From: a virus
Direction: 5' to 3' (one strand)
Virus record (IMG/VR): IMGVR_UViG_3300045988_094113
Coordinates: 1 to 51,701 of that record
Length of the DNA: 51,701 bases
In this document: positions 1-9,668 of the stretch, piece after piece
How the letters are laid out: each line of letters opens with the position of its first letter
Numbering within the stretch: the first letter of the stretch is position 1
The notes under the pieces: model-generated
Told to the model about the DNA's origin: nothing
The model's database searches: none
Seen by the model: the letters and a program-made list of their open reading frames with translations, nothing else
Made by a program: the position numbers and the translations under genes

Positions 1-99
1 ACAGAATTTACCGTAGAACAGCAAAGTATGGAAACAGATGAAGGTGGCATTGCAGTTGTAGATAACGGTGATTTAACAACAATGTAAATAAAAAAAAAC
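1..99. repeat. Terminal direct repeat, left copy (identical to 51603..51701); contains the last 87 nt of the major tail protein gene
   Basis: Base-by-base comparison: 1-99 equals 51603-51701 including the A9-C tail. Confidence 0.95.
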
Positions 100-113
100 A
101 AGGAGAATATAAC

Positions 114-524
114 ATGGCAGTAAAAAAGAGAGAAGTAAACGTAACAAGTATTGAAGATTTAAAGAATTATGCAAGTGGAACAATTGTGGAGATGCCGCCT
201 TTTGCAGAAGGGCAACCGCTTATTGCAAGATTAAAACGTCCGTCTATCTTAGGAATGGCGAAACAAGGAAAAATTCCCAACACGTTACTTGTGAAAGCAA
301 ATGAACTATTTTTACAAAATGGTGCAGGACTTGATGCAGAGGAAGAAGATACAATGAAACAGTTGTATGATGTATTAGACCTTATCGCAAAGGAAACGCT
401 TGTAGAACCAACATATGAAGATATTAAAAGTGTAGGGTTAGAGCTTACGGATGAACAAATGATGTTTTTGTTTAACTATTCGCAACAGGGGGTAAAAGCA
501 TTAGAATCCTTTCGTACAAAGTAA
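114..524 (+). CDS. Tail assembly chaperone (gpG-like position)
   Basis: 136 aa, GGAG RBS, lies between major tail protein and tape measure, acidic C-terminal half. Confidence 0.6.
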   Translation: MAVKKREVNVTSIEDLKNYASGTIVEMPPFAEGQPLIARLKRPSILGMAKQGKIPNTLLVKANELFLQNGAGLDAEEEDTMKQLYDVLDLIAKETLVEPTYEDIKSVGLELTDEQMMFLFNYSQQGVKALESFRTK

Positions 525-546
525 AAAGATAGAAAGTATACTGTCC

Positions 547-750
547 ATGTCAAAGCTGTATAATTGTTTGCCAAGTGATATCATAGGCGTTGAGGACAAT
601 TATACAGCTTTTTGTTTTAATGAAGCATGTGCAGAGATAATGTTACGCTTACAGAATGAAGAGAAACCAATATATAGAGAACAAAGAGAAGAAGAACAAG
701 AAGAATATAGCAATTTTACAGAGTTTTATAAAAAGTTTGGAGGTAAATAA
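547..750 (+). CDS. Small acidic protein in gpT-like position upstream of tape measure
   Basis: 67 aa, synteny only; weak RBS; +1 frame relative to 114..524. Confidence 0.4.
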   Translation: MSKLYNCLPSDIIGVEDNYTAFCFNEACAEIMLRLQNEEKPIYREQREEEQEEYSNFTEFYKKFGGK

Positions 751-752
751 TC

Positions 753-3413
753 ATGGCAATAAACATGGGTTCTGCTATAGCTTACCTCGAATTAGATACC
801 TCTAAATTCTCTAAAGGTTTCGCAAGTGCCTATAATGATTTGAAGGTATTCGGGGACAAAAGCGCAACAGCAGGACAAAAATTTAAAGGATTTTCCAGTG
901 CCTTAAATACCGTTGGAAGTGGACTAGCCAAAGGTGTAACATTACCATTATTAGGCGTTGGAACAGCGGCTGTAAAAGTAGCAAGCTCATTTGATAGTGC
1001 AATGTCCGAAGTAAAAGCAATAAGTGGAGCAACAGGAACACAATTTACGCAATTAAGAGACAAAGCAATAGAAATGGGTGCTAAAACAAAATTTAGTGCA
1101 ACAGAAAGTGCCGAAGCTTTCAAATATATGGCAATGGCAGGTTGGGATACAAAGGATATGCTGAATAGTATTTCTGGTGTTATGAACCTTGCCGCCGCAA
1201 GCGGTGAAGATTTAGGCACTGTATCCGATATCGTAACTGATGCAATGACAGCATTTGGACTTGCCGCTGATGGTACAACAAAAGTTTTAAAAAATGGATA
1301 CAATGTAGAAGTAAGCAATGCAGAACATTTTTCAGATGTTCTTGCAGAAGCAAGTTCACGAAGCAACACAAATGTATCATTGATGGGTGCGACTTTTAAG
1401 TATGTTGCGCCAATAGCAGGCGCAATGGGTTATAGCATAGAAGATACAGCCGTTGCAATAGGTTTGATGGCAAATGCGGGTATTAAAGGCGAGCAGGCAG
1501 GAACAGCATTAAGAAGTACAATAACAAGGCTTGTGAAACCAACAAAAGAGTCTGGAACAGCAATGGACGCATTAGGTATAAGTGTTACAAATTCTGATGG
1601 TTCTATGAAAAGCCTAGACAATATCTTAAAACAAGTTAGAGGTTCTATGTCTGGATTAACAGAAGACCAAAAAGCTAGTTATGCGGCTATGTTAGCAGGG
1701 CAAGAAGGAATGTCAGGGTTACTTGCGATAGTTAATGCGAGTGACGAAGATTATCAAAAGCTTTCAGAAAGTATACAGAATTGTACTGGTGCATCACAAG
1801 AAATGGCAGATACAATGCAGGATAATTTGGGAGGTGCAGTAACATTATTAAAAAGTGCGTTGGAAAGTGCAGGAATAACAATAGGAGAAAGATTAACACC
1901 ATACATAAGAGAGTTGGCAGAATGGATAACAGGGCTTGTAGAAAAATTCAACAGTTTATCCGATGCACAGCAAGATTTAATTGTAAAAATAGGCTTAATA
2001 CTTGCGGCAATTGCACCAGTAATGTTAATTGGTTCAAAAGTTTTTTCTTTATTTAGTTCTATTATAGGAATTATAACAACAGTTGGAAGTGCATTGTCTA
2101 CAGTATTTGCTTTTGGTCTAAATGCAACTGCATTGAGTGCCGCAGGAGCTTCTACCGGTGTGACGATGTTAGCTGGCGCAATAGGATTTTTAACAAGTCC
2201 AATAACATTAGTTATAGCGGCTATAACAGCACTTGTAGCGGCATTTGTTATAGCATACAAGAAAAGCGAAACATTTAGAAATTTCATAAACAACCTTGTA
2301 GAAGATTTAAAAACATTTTTTACAGAAACAGTACCACAAGCATTTGAAATATTTAAGGAAAAAATTTCAGAAGTATTTGAAAATGCAAAACAAAAGATTG
2401 GAGAATTTAAGGATAAATGTCAAGAGATAGTGCAAAATGTTATAGAATTTTTTACAGTAACATTACCGCAAGGAATAGAGCAATTCGCAACAGTAACGAT
2501 TCCAAGTTTTGTGCAAAATGTAATAACATTTTTACAAGAATTACCGCATAATTTAGGAATCATGGTAGGAGAAATGTTAGGACATTTATATCTATTTGCT
2601 ACCAGCGCAATAGAATGGGCAACAACAGCGATACCAGAGTTTATAAACAGCGTTGTGACGTTTTTCCAAGAATTACCTAACAGGGTATGGGAATGGCTTG
2701 TAAACACATATAACAAGGTAACTGAATGGGGTTCTAATATAATACAAAAGGGAATAGAAGTTGGAAGTAACTTTTTACAAACAGTTGGAGAATTTTTTTC
2801 ACAGTTACCAGATAGAATATGGAATTTTCTTGCACAAACATTTCAAAAAGTTGTTGCATGGGGTTCACAAATGGTATCAAATGGACGTGCCGCAATTACT
2901 GGTTTTGTTTCTACAGTAGTTGGAATTGTTACAAGCTTACCATCAAAAGTGTGGGGTATATTATCTCAAATTCCCGCAAAGGTAAGACAATTAGGTTCAC
3001 AACTTAGAAGCGTAGGTGCGGCGGCTTTTAATGCGTTATGGGACGGAATAAAAAGCGTAGGAAATTCTATACTAGATTGGGTATCCGGTTTTGCAAGCTC
3101 AATAAAGTCTTTCATTTCTGGAATAGTAGAAGGGTTTAACAATGTCGTAGGAAGTGCTAACAGTGCTAAGAGTGCCGCCGCAAGTGTAAAAGGAAGTCAT
3201 GCAAATGGACTTGACTATGTTCCGTATAATGGATATATTGCAGAACTTCATAAAGGAGAAAGAGTATTGACAGCACAGGAAAACAAAGAGTATAATGAAG
3301 GACGTAGAGGACAGGGTGGCGATACGTTTAATTTCTATAATACAAAGCCAGAGCCGTATGAGTATGCACGACAAATGAAACGGGCAAGAAAGGAACTGTT
3401 GCAGGGAATTTAA
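753..3413 (+). CDS. Tail tape measure protein (TP901-family core)
   Basis: 886 aa; AMSEVKAISGATG...FKYMAMAGWD...GEDLGTVSDIVTDAMTAFGL core, central TM helices, about four tandem 40-aa repeats (FLQELP / FFQELP / FFSQLP / VTSLP). Confidence 0.95.
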   Translation: MAINMGSAIAYLELDTSKFSKGFASAYNDLKVFGDKSATAGQKFKGFSSALNTVGSGLAKGVTLPLLGVGTAAVKVASSFDSAMSEVKAISGATGTQFTQLRDKAIEMGAKTKFSATESAEAFKYMAMAGWDTKDMLNSISGVMNLAAASGEDLGTVSDIVTDAMTAFGLAADGTTKVLKNGYNVEVSNAEHFSDVLAEASSRSNTNVSLMGATFKYVAPIAGAMGYSIEDTAVAIGLMANAGIKGEQAGTALRSTITRLVKPTKESGTAMDALGISVTNSDGSMKSLDNILKQVRGSMSGLTEDQKASYAAMLAGQEGMSGLLAIVNASDEDYQKLSESIQNCTGASQEMADTMQDNLGGAVTLLKSALESAGITIGERLTPYIRELAEWITGLVEKFNSLSDAQQDLIVKIGLILAAIAPVMLIGSKVFSLFSSIIGIITTVGSALSTVFAFGLNATALSAAGASTGVTMLAGAIGFLTSPITLVIAAITALVAAFVIAYKKSETFRNFINNLVEDLKTFFTETVPQAFEIFKEKISEVFENAKQKIGEFKDKCQEIVQNVIEFFTVTLPQGIEQFATVTIPSFVQNVITFLQELPHNLGIMVGEMLGHLYLFATSAIEWATTAIPEFINSVVTFFQELPNRVWEWLVNTYNKVTEWGSNIIQKGIEVGSNFLQTVGEFFSQLPDRIWNFLAQTFQKVVAWGSQMVSNGRAAITGFVSTVVGIVTSLPSKVWGILSQIPAKVRQLGSQLRSVGAAAFNALWDGIKSVGNSILDWVSGFASSIKSFISGIVEGFNNVVGSANSAKSAAASVKGSHANGLDYVPYNGYIAELHKGERVLTAQENKEYNEGRRGQGGDTFNFYNTKPEPYEYARQMKRARKELLQGI

Positions 3414-3431
3414 AAAAGGAGTTGACAAAAG

Positions 3432-4391
3432 ATGGTAGAAAGTGTTACAATAGTAAACAAAGAGAGTGGTGAACAAATAGAGATTGGAACAGGAGCGAAT
3501 TATGTTCTTGATTCCGTTGATTGGGATTCTCCATCAGTAACAATGCAATCATATAGAACTCCATTTCAAGTTGGTAAAACATTATCTGGTGTAGTGGTCG
3601 GCACAAGAAAGCCGACCATAACCGGGTATATCATTGCAGATGTTACAAAGATAAACAGTCTTGGAATGACATGGGAAGAATATAACAAAAGACAAAAACA
3701 AGAGATAGAACAAAAGAAGAAAGAATTAAACAAACTAATATCTGTGTATCAAGATGTTACAATAAAAGTAGGAGAATATAACTTAGACGCAAGACCAACA
3801 GGTTTTGTGAAGTATTCAACAGACAGCAAAGAAAACAATGAGATATTGTGTTTATTCAGTATAGAATTTGAATGTTTTAATCCAATGTTTTACAAACAAA
3901 GTAAGACAGTTGTGCTTGCGACTACAGAAAGCAAATTTACATTTCCTATGATACTGACAAGTGACACAAAAGACGAATATGCAGTATTTGGAGAGATAGC
4001 AAAAAGACAAAGCATGATTGCTGAGAACGATGGTGATGTTGATGTAGGTTGCACAATCATAATACAGGCAAAAGGTGGGGAAATAAAAAATCCAAAAGTT
4101 TATAATGTGACAACTGGTGAGTACATACAATTAACAAATATGACTCTTAAAAATGGAGAGTGGCTTGTTATAACAACAGAAATAGGCGAGGAAGATGTCT
4201 TATACTATAACATATACAATGGTTCTGTAAGTTCTGCAAGACGTATTTCAAGCGTTGATGTTGGAAGTAGTTTTTTCAAAATACGAAGAGGTAGTGCGTA
4301 TTATGGTTATTCTGTTAGTTCACAATATGAAAACAATATGGATATGAGATTGACATATACAGAAAGATATGCGAATATAGAGGAAATGTGA
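3432..4391 (+). CDS. Distal tail protein (Dit-like)
   Basis: 319 aa directly after tape measure; synteny and size. Confidence 0.65.
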   Translation: MVESVTIVNKESGEQIEIGTGANYVLDSVDWDSPSVTMQSYRTPFQVGKTLSGVVVGTRKPTITGYIIADVTKINSLGMTWEEYNKRQKQEIEQKKKELNKLISVYQDVTIKVGEYNLDARPTGFVKYSTDSKENNEILCLFSIEFECFNPMFYKQSKTVVLATTESKFTFPMILTSDTKDEYAVFGEIAKRQSMIAENDGDVDVGCTIIIQAKGGEIKNPKVYNVTTGEYIQLTNMTLKNGEWLVITTEIGEEDVLYYNIYNGSVSSARRISSVDVGSSFFKIRRGSAYYGYSVSSQYENNMDMRLTYTERYANIEEM

Positions 4392-4392
4392 T

Positions 4393-5985
4393 ATGATAGA
4401 AATATTAAATTATGATTTGCTGAAAGTAAACATATTAAGAAAATACACATTTTGCCAATACGAAAGATGTTTTAGAGATATCGGAGAATTTACAATCAAT
4501 GCTGTTTTGGACGATGAAAACATTTATTTGTTAGATAAAACAAAACAATATTATGTATTATTTGATTCAAAGTATTTTGGAATGATTGAGAATATAGAAA
4601 AAGACAGTGATTCAGAATACGATAAAACTATAACAATTAAAGGCAGAATGGCAAATGTGTTATTTACAAAGAGAGTAATAAACGGGACGTTAAATTTTAG
4701 TGGCAATTCGTCACAGTATATAAACGAACTTGTGACGCAGAATCTTGTAAAAGAATCAGACAGGGAAAGATATGTAAATATCGATATACAATACAATGAT
4801 AAGCAGTATTTATTTGAGCATAGCAGTAACATAAACAAACAAATAACAGGTGGGTATCTGTGGGATGAGATGCAAAAAGTGTTGGAGCAAGATTCTAACG
4901 GGATTGATTTTGTACCAGTAACTACAACACCAAAAATTTCCAGTTGGGCGTTAATAATTATTGCAGGCAAGGACAGAACGAAAGGCAATTCACAAGGGTA
5001 TGAGCCTGTTATATTTTCGCAATCGTTGAGTAACATTGAAAGAACAACATACAATATAGATAGTAAAGGATATACTAACTATGCCTATGTTGCAGGCGAG
5101 GGAGAAGGCTCTGAACGTAAATGGATTATACAGCGTATAAATGAAAATGCAGGAAGAAAAAATATGTCAGAGCATATTTCAAACATAGATGGTTGGAATA
5201 GAGCTGAATTGTGGGTTGATGCAAGAGATTTGCAGAGCGAGGATGAGAACGGAAATGTTATTTCTGATACAGACTATGAACAATTATTGATACAGAGGGC
5301 AAACCAAAAAGCGGTTGAAAATAATTTGGAAGAAAGCTATGAAGCAACATTAACAGAGGGTGCATCAGTAAGGTATAAATTAGGGAAGGACTATGATTTA
5401 GGTGATTTTGTAACAATCATAGATGATGAACTCGGCATATCTGTAAATGCACAGGTAACAAAAGTCACAATATCAGAACAAAACGGAAGAGTTATTGTGG
5501 ATATAACATTTACTTATGGCAAGATTGTTAGGGATAAAGTTCAAGAAATTTCTAACAATGCAAACAAACTTGAGGAAGTAAATAACACAGTAAAGTATTT
5601 GGAGTCGAATGCTAAAGTGATAGAAAAAGACAAGGTCAGCTACGGAAATAAAAAGCTATTGTGGAGTGGGATACTTAAAAAAGGGAATACTGTAAATCTC
5701 GGAAGTAATGATTGGAATAAATATGTTTTATTTGGAGTAAAAACAAATGATGGTAACATGATGATGCTAGGACTGAGGTGTGATTCTGGTACAATTGCAT
5801 ATATCAGTTTTTTCGGTGGCTCTGATAACGGTACAATAAGCTATTTATACAAAGGTAATACAGAAATTTCGAATACAAACGTATTTAAAAATGTATCTGT
5901 ATCAAGACACAAATACGTTGAGTATCAAGGTGATAGTGGTAATGCAATAAATGTTGACATTACAGAATTATGGGGTATAATGTAA
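4393..5985 (+). CDS. Tail-associated protein in Tal position (siphovirus Gp37-like)
   Basis: 530 aa, starts 2 nt after Dit stop; N-terminus resembles Gp37-like tail proteins from memory. Confidence 0.55.
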   Translation: MIEILNYDLLKVNILRKYTFCQYERCFRDIGEFTINAVLDDENIYLLDKTKQYYVLFDSKYFGMIENIEKDSDSEYDKTITIKGRMANVLFTKRVINGTLNFSGNSSQYINELVTQNLVKESDRERYVNIDIQYNDKQYLFEHSSNINKQITGGYLWDEMQKVLEQDSNGIDFVPVTTTPKISSWALIIIAGKDRTKGNSQGYEPVIFSQSLSNIERTTYNIDSKGYTNYAYVAGEGEGSERKWIIQRINENAGRKNMSEHISNIDGWNRAELWVDARDLQSEDENGNVISDTDYEQLLIQRANQKAVENNLEESYEATLTEGASVRYKLGKDYDLGDFVTIIDDELGISVNAQVTKVTISEQNGRVIVDITFTYGKIVRDKVQEISNNANKLEEVNNTVKYLESNAKVIEKDKVSYGNKKLLWSGILKKGNTVNLGSNDWNKYVLFGVKTNDGNMMMLGLRCDSGTIAYISFFGGSDNGTISYLYKGNTEISNTNVFKNVSVSRHKYVEYQGDSGNAINVDITELWGIM

Positions 5986-6003
5986 ATATAAGGAGGTAAA
6001 GAA

Positions 6004-6972
6004 ATGGCAGAAAAATATGGATTTTTTAATGCTAACAAAAACAGTGATGGAAGCTATGACAGAACATATGATGCATCAGACTTTTCAAGTTTCTTTAGAC
6101 GGCTAGTTGGAAATGGTGTGTTTGATGGAACTGGAACAGGATTGCAAGTTGTTGCAAAATCTGGTAGGATAGTAACATTAAAAGCAGGAGCGGCTTATAT
6201 CAATGGATATTGGTATGAGCTTACAGAAGATATGACTTTTACATTGCCCGTAAATAATGGTGCTAGTGCAAGAACAGATTTGATTGTGTTACAATGGTCA
6301 TCAATAAGCAGAAGCATTAAAGCGACAACAAGAACAGGTGTATCTACAATATCAGCAAATAGAGGGACAGCAAATTATGAACTTGTATTAGCAGACATTA
6401 AGGTTGGAGTGAGTGCTACAGAAATAACAAATGCAAATATACATGACGATAGGCAGGACAAAAACCTATGTGGAATTGTAACAGGACTTATAGACCAGAT
6501 AGATGCAACAGAAGCGTTTAAACAAATGAACGCACAATTTAACGAGTGGTTTGATACAATTAAAGGACAGTTATCTACTGATGCCGCAGGAAATTTACAG
6601 ACACAAATTGATAATACAAATAAAAAGATTACTACAGAGGTAAATAATATTAAAACAAAAATAAATGGACAAACGGCAGTAGTTACAAAAAATGTAGTTT
6701 GCAATGGCGGTGCTTATGATAGTTTTAAAATGCCACTATCTAGTGGTTTTACGGCTGATAATTGTATGGTTATAGGGTACGCCGCAAAAATGACATCTGG
6801 AACTGGATTCAGTAAAAATTGGTGTACCGGAAGTGATATTAACAATGCTTATGGTATTTATTGTAAATTAAATAGTGACGATACTGTAACAGTTGGACTT
6901 ACAACAAACACATCACTGAGGGGAAATATAAGTCTCAAAGTTATGATTATGAAAACAGATGATATATCATAA
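6004..6972 (+). CDS. Putative tail fibre / receptor-binding protein
   Basis: 322 aa; YGFFN...DRTYDASDFSSFFRRLVGNGVF N-terminus typical of Firmicute phage fibre proteins; last gene of tail block. Confidence 0.5.
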   Translation: MAEKYGFFNANKNSDGSYDRTYDASDFSSFFRRLVGNGVFDGTGTGLQVVAKSGRIVTLKAGAAYINGYWYELTEDMTFTLPVNNGASARTDLIVLQWSSISRSIKATTRTGVSTISANRGTANYELVLADIKVGVSATEITNANIHDDRQDKNLCGIVTGLIDQIDATEAFKQMNAQFNEWFDTIKGQLSTDAAGNLQTQIDNTNKKITTEVNNIKTKINGQTAVVTKNVVCNGGAYDSFKMPLSSGFTADNCMVIGYAAKMTSGTGFSKNWCTGSDINNAYGIYCKLNSDDTVTVGLTTNTSLRGNISLKVMIMKTDDIS

Positions 6973-7045
6973 TGAGTAAAGAAACAGAACTTTCGTATTT
7001 AGGCACAAATGCAGAGTAATGCTTAAAAATATATAAGGTGATAAA

Positions 7046-7345
7046 ATGGAAGAAAAAAAGATACAAGAATTATTGTTGGACACACAAAAAGAATATACGA
7101 GGTCGAACAAATTTAAAGACAAAATTATTGTTATTCTAATTATTTTGATGTTTCTTGAAGCAGTTGTTGGATATTGTGGTTTTGTGTATTATGAAAGCCA
7201 ATTTGATTATGTGGAAACATATGATACGACAAAGGATGTGGATATAGACACAAAAGGAAATAATGCAAATGCAGAATACAATGATGTAAACGGCAATCAG
7301 TACAATGACGATGCAGTTCACAATGAAGGTGGTGAGAGTAAATAA
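7046..7345 (+). CDS. Single-pass membrane protein
   Basis: 99 aa; hydrophobic helix IIVILIILMFLEAVVGYCGFVYY, acidic N/D-rich tail. Confidence 0.5.
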   Translation: MEEKKIQELLLDTQKEYTRSNKFKDKIIVILIILMFLEAVVGYCGFVYYESQFDYVETYDTTKDVDIDTKGNNANAEYNDVNGNQYNDDAVHNEGGESK

Positions 7346-7485
7346 TGACATCTAAAGCAAGTATACACGTTACAAAGTCGACAAGGGTTACAAGAACAAA
7401 AGTTTCAAAATCTGGAAAAACTAAAAGCGGAACAAAGCGTTGTCCAGTTTGCGGTAAATATATGGGGCGTGTAAAGAATGGATAA
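7345..7485 (+). CDS. 46-aa highly basic peptide with CPVC motif (not in ORF track)
   Basis: ATG overlaps upstream stop (taATG); its stop overlaps next start (ATGgataa); 13 K/R, no D/E. Confidence 0.45.
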   Translation: MTSKASIHVTKSTRVTRTKVSKSGKTKSGTKRCPVCGKYMGRVKNG

Positions 7486-7711
7486 AGCGAATAGTGAAAC
7501 AAGAAAGAAACTAAGAGAGATAACAAACGTAAAAGATTTTGAAAATCTGTTAGAACAAATTATGTTATCAGAAGAGGAAAAGCAAATTCTATGGATGCAT
7601 TACAAAGAAGAAAAGAGTTTGCTTTATATTGCTGATATATTAGGAATGTCAGAAACAACGATTAAAAAGAAGCATAGAAAAATTCTGATGAAGATTGGTA
7701 AAGCATTTTAG
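7478..7711 (+). CDS. Sigma-70 region 4-like HTH protein (possible late transcription regulator)
   Basis: 77 aa; LSEEEKQILWMHYKEEKSLLYIADILGMSETTIKKKHRKIL matches the ECF sigma region 4 pattern. Confidence 0.6.
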   Translation: MDKANSETRKKLREITNVKDFENLLEQIMLSEEEKQILWMHYKEEKSLLYIADILGMSETTIKKKHRKILMKIGKAF

Positions 7712-7738
7712 GAAGGTCAAACGACCTTCCTTTTTTAT
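7711..7738 (+). terminator. Intrinsic terminator
   Basis: ggaaggtc-aaac-gaccttcc followed by tttttt. Confidence 0.85.
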
Positions 7739-7830
7739 TACACTAAAATGTAACTAAGTAGACACTTTTATGGAACATTGCATAATATATATGTGCTACA
7801 ATGTAGTCATAGCAGAAAGGAGTGAAAGTG

Positions 7831-8268
7831 ATGTACAATTATACACCATATGGAGTCGGAATGAGTCCATACCAACAACAGCTAACGCAAAACAGAATGG
7901 AACAATTACAAGGGCAATATAACAATATGTACAACCAGAATGTGATGCAAGGTCAGCAACAGCAGAACATACAAATGTTAAAAGGCAGACCAGTATCCAG
8001 TTACGATGAAGCTAAAGCGGCTATGATAGATTTAGACGGTAGTATGTTTGTGTTTACTGATATTGCAAACAAAAGGATATATACAAAACAAATAATGTTA
8101 GATGGTAGTGCAGAATTAAAGGTATATACATTACAGGAGCAAAACATAAAAGAACAAAAACAAAATACAGATTATGTTTTACAAAGTGATTTTGAACAGG
8201 CTATAGAAATATTAAAAAATCAGATTCTTGAATTAAAAGGAGTGAAAGAAGATGAACAAAAACTTTAA
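7831..8268 (+). CDS. Hypothetical protein, Q/N/Y-rich N-terminus
   Basis: ATG 7 nt after AAAGGAG; the track start at 7822 is GTG inside the RBS. Confidence 0.6.
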   Translation: MYNYTPYGVGMSPYQQQLTQNRMEQLQGQYNNMYNQNVMQGQQQQNIQMLKGRPVSSYDEAKAAMIDLDGSMFVFTDIANKRIYTKQIMLDGSAELKVYTLQEQNIKEQKQNTDYVLQSDFEQAIEILKNQILELKGVKEDEQKL

Positions 8269-8428
8269 TAGCAATCCTCTTTTTCAGAGGGCACAGCAAA
8301 TGGCACAGGGAAAGAGTGAACAGCAACTAGAACAAACGGCAGAGAACTTGTGCAAACAGCGTGGAATTGATATGCAACAGGCATTAAAACAGTTTCAACA
8401 ATTCAAGAAAATGTTTGGTATTAAGTAG
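8252..8428 (+). CDS. 58-aa Q-rich hypothetical protein (below ORF-track cutoff)
   Basis: AAAGGAG RBS 9 nt upstream; fills the 8269-8476 gap. Confidence 0.45.
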   Translation: MNKNFNSNPLFQRAQQMAQGKSEQQLEQTAENLCKQRGIDMQQALKQFQQFKKMFGIK

Positions 8429-8476
8429 GTATAAACCATAAGGTTTATATAAATAATATTTAAGGAGGTACTTATT

Positions 8477-9169
8477 ATGAGTATGGATGGAAATGGACTT
8501 AGTGTAGCAGATGCATTAGCACTAGGACGAGACAATGATGGTATGTTTGGGGATGGAAACGGCAGTTGGATTTTCTTCCTTTTCTTTCTCCTTGCGTGGG
8601 GTGGAAACTTTGGCAACTGGGGAGGTAATGGAATGAATAGTACAGCAAGTGCATATACCGATAGTGCAATCCAGAGAGGCTTTGACAACCAAGCAGTAAT
8701 AAACAAACTGAATGGTTTAGAGAGTGGTTTATGTGATGGCTTCTATGCAGTAAATACTTCACTTCTGAATGGCTTTAATGGAACACAGCAAGCCATTAAC
8801 AATGTAGCTGTAGCAGGTATGCAGAACACAAATGCACTTGCAACACAGCTTTCCGATTGCTGTTGCACAACTCAAAGAAGCATTGATGCAGTACGGTATG
8901 AAAATGCAAGAAACACTTGTGATATCGTAAATGCAATCAAAGCTGATGGTGATGCAACAAGAGCATTGATGACACAGAATGAAATTCAGAGTTTACGTGA
9001 TCAGTTACAGACAGCAAACTTCCAGTTGAGCCAGCAGGCACAGAACGCTACTCTAATTGCAACATTAAGACCTACGCCTATTCCGGCTTATCAAACTTGC
9101 AGTCCGTATGAAAGCGCACAGTTGTTTTCACATTATGGAACAGCCTGCAATAATGGATGCGGATGCTAA
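8477..9169 (+). CDS. Hypothetical membrane-anchored G/N/W- and Cys-rich protein
   Basis: 230 aa; AGGAGG RBS; helix SWIFFLFFLLAWGG flanked by GNG repeats; CCC triplet; C-terminal NNGCGC. Confidence 0.65.
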   Translation: MSMDGNGLSVADALALGRDNDGMFGDGNGSWIFFLFFLLAWGGNFGNWGGNGMNSTASAYTDSAIQRGFDNQAVINKLNGLESGLCDGFYAVNTSLLNGFNGTQQAINNVAVAGMQNTNALATQLSDCCCTTQRSIDAVRYENARNTCDIVNAIKADGDATRALMTQNEIQSLRDQLQTANFQLSQQAQNATLIATLRPTPIPAYQTCSPYESAQLFSHYGTACNNGCGC

Positions 9170-9222
9170 AGCGTTATTTGATGATTTAAGAGGTTTTCCG
9201 CTTATGCGTGATGAATTTGTAG

Positions 9223-9250
9223 GGGCGGTGAATAACCGCCCTTATTCGTT
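9223..9250 (+). terminator. Weak intrinsic terminator / attenuator inside the cassette
   Basis: gggcggt-gaata-accgccc then ttattcgttt. Confidence 0.45.
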
Positions 9251-9281
9251 TAATTAGAACGTTTAGAAAGGAGATTATAAT

Positions 9282-9656
9282 ATGGCTTGTATTTATTATA
9301 ATAACAATGGCTGTGGATGTGGTGGTTGTATACATTTTGTAAAAACAAATAGCGTAACATTAGTCGATAATGTTTTAATATTAAACATACCACAGGCAAC
9401 ATATAGTAACAAAGAAAAGGTATGTATTTGTATTGCACAAACAATACCAGAAATAACAAGTGCTGATACTGTAGCAGTAACAATAGGAGCAGGAGCAACA
9501 CAGTATGTATTGAGAAACAGGATTGGAAACAATGTCCATGCAGACCAGATACGAAGCAGAAGAGTATATCACACAAATGTAGCAACGGACACTGGTGTGT
9601 TTACGGTAAGTAGTTGTGAACTGTGCAATACAGCATTTAACTTTCCAACGATTTAG
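9282..9656 (+). CDS. Hypothetical Cys-rich protein (N-terminal NNNGCGCGGC)
   Basis: 124 aa; AGGAG RBS. Confidence 0.65.
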   Translation: MACIYYNNNGCGCGGCIHFVKTNSVTLVDNVLILNIPQATYSNKEKVCICIAQTIPEITSADTVAVTIGAGATQYVLRNRIGNNVHADQIRSRRVYHTNVATDTGVFTVSSCELCNTAFNFPTI

Positions 9657-9668
9657 GAGGTGTAAGCT

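Noticed and set aside
489-530. Canonical -1 gpG/gpT frameshift in the tail chaperone
   Set aside because: The -1 frame terminates at TAG 530-532, before reaching the downstream ORF, which is in the +1 frame.
9204-9257. A 17-codon leader peptide (MRDEFVGAVNNRPYSFN) overlapping the 9223 hairpin, as a translation-coupled attenuator
   Set aside because: It has only a marginal RBS (AAGAGG, 10-nt spacing) and no regulatory codon run. It cannot be distinguished from chance.
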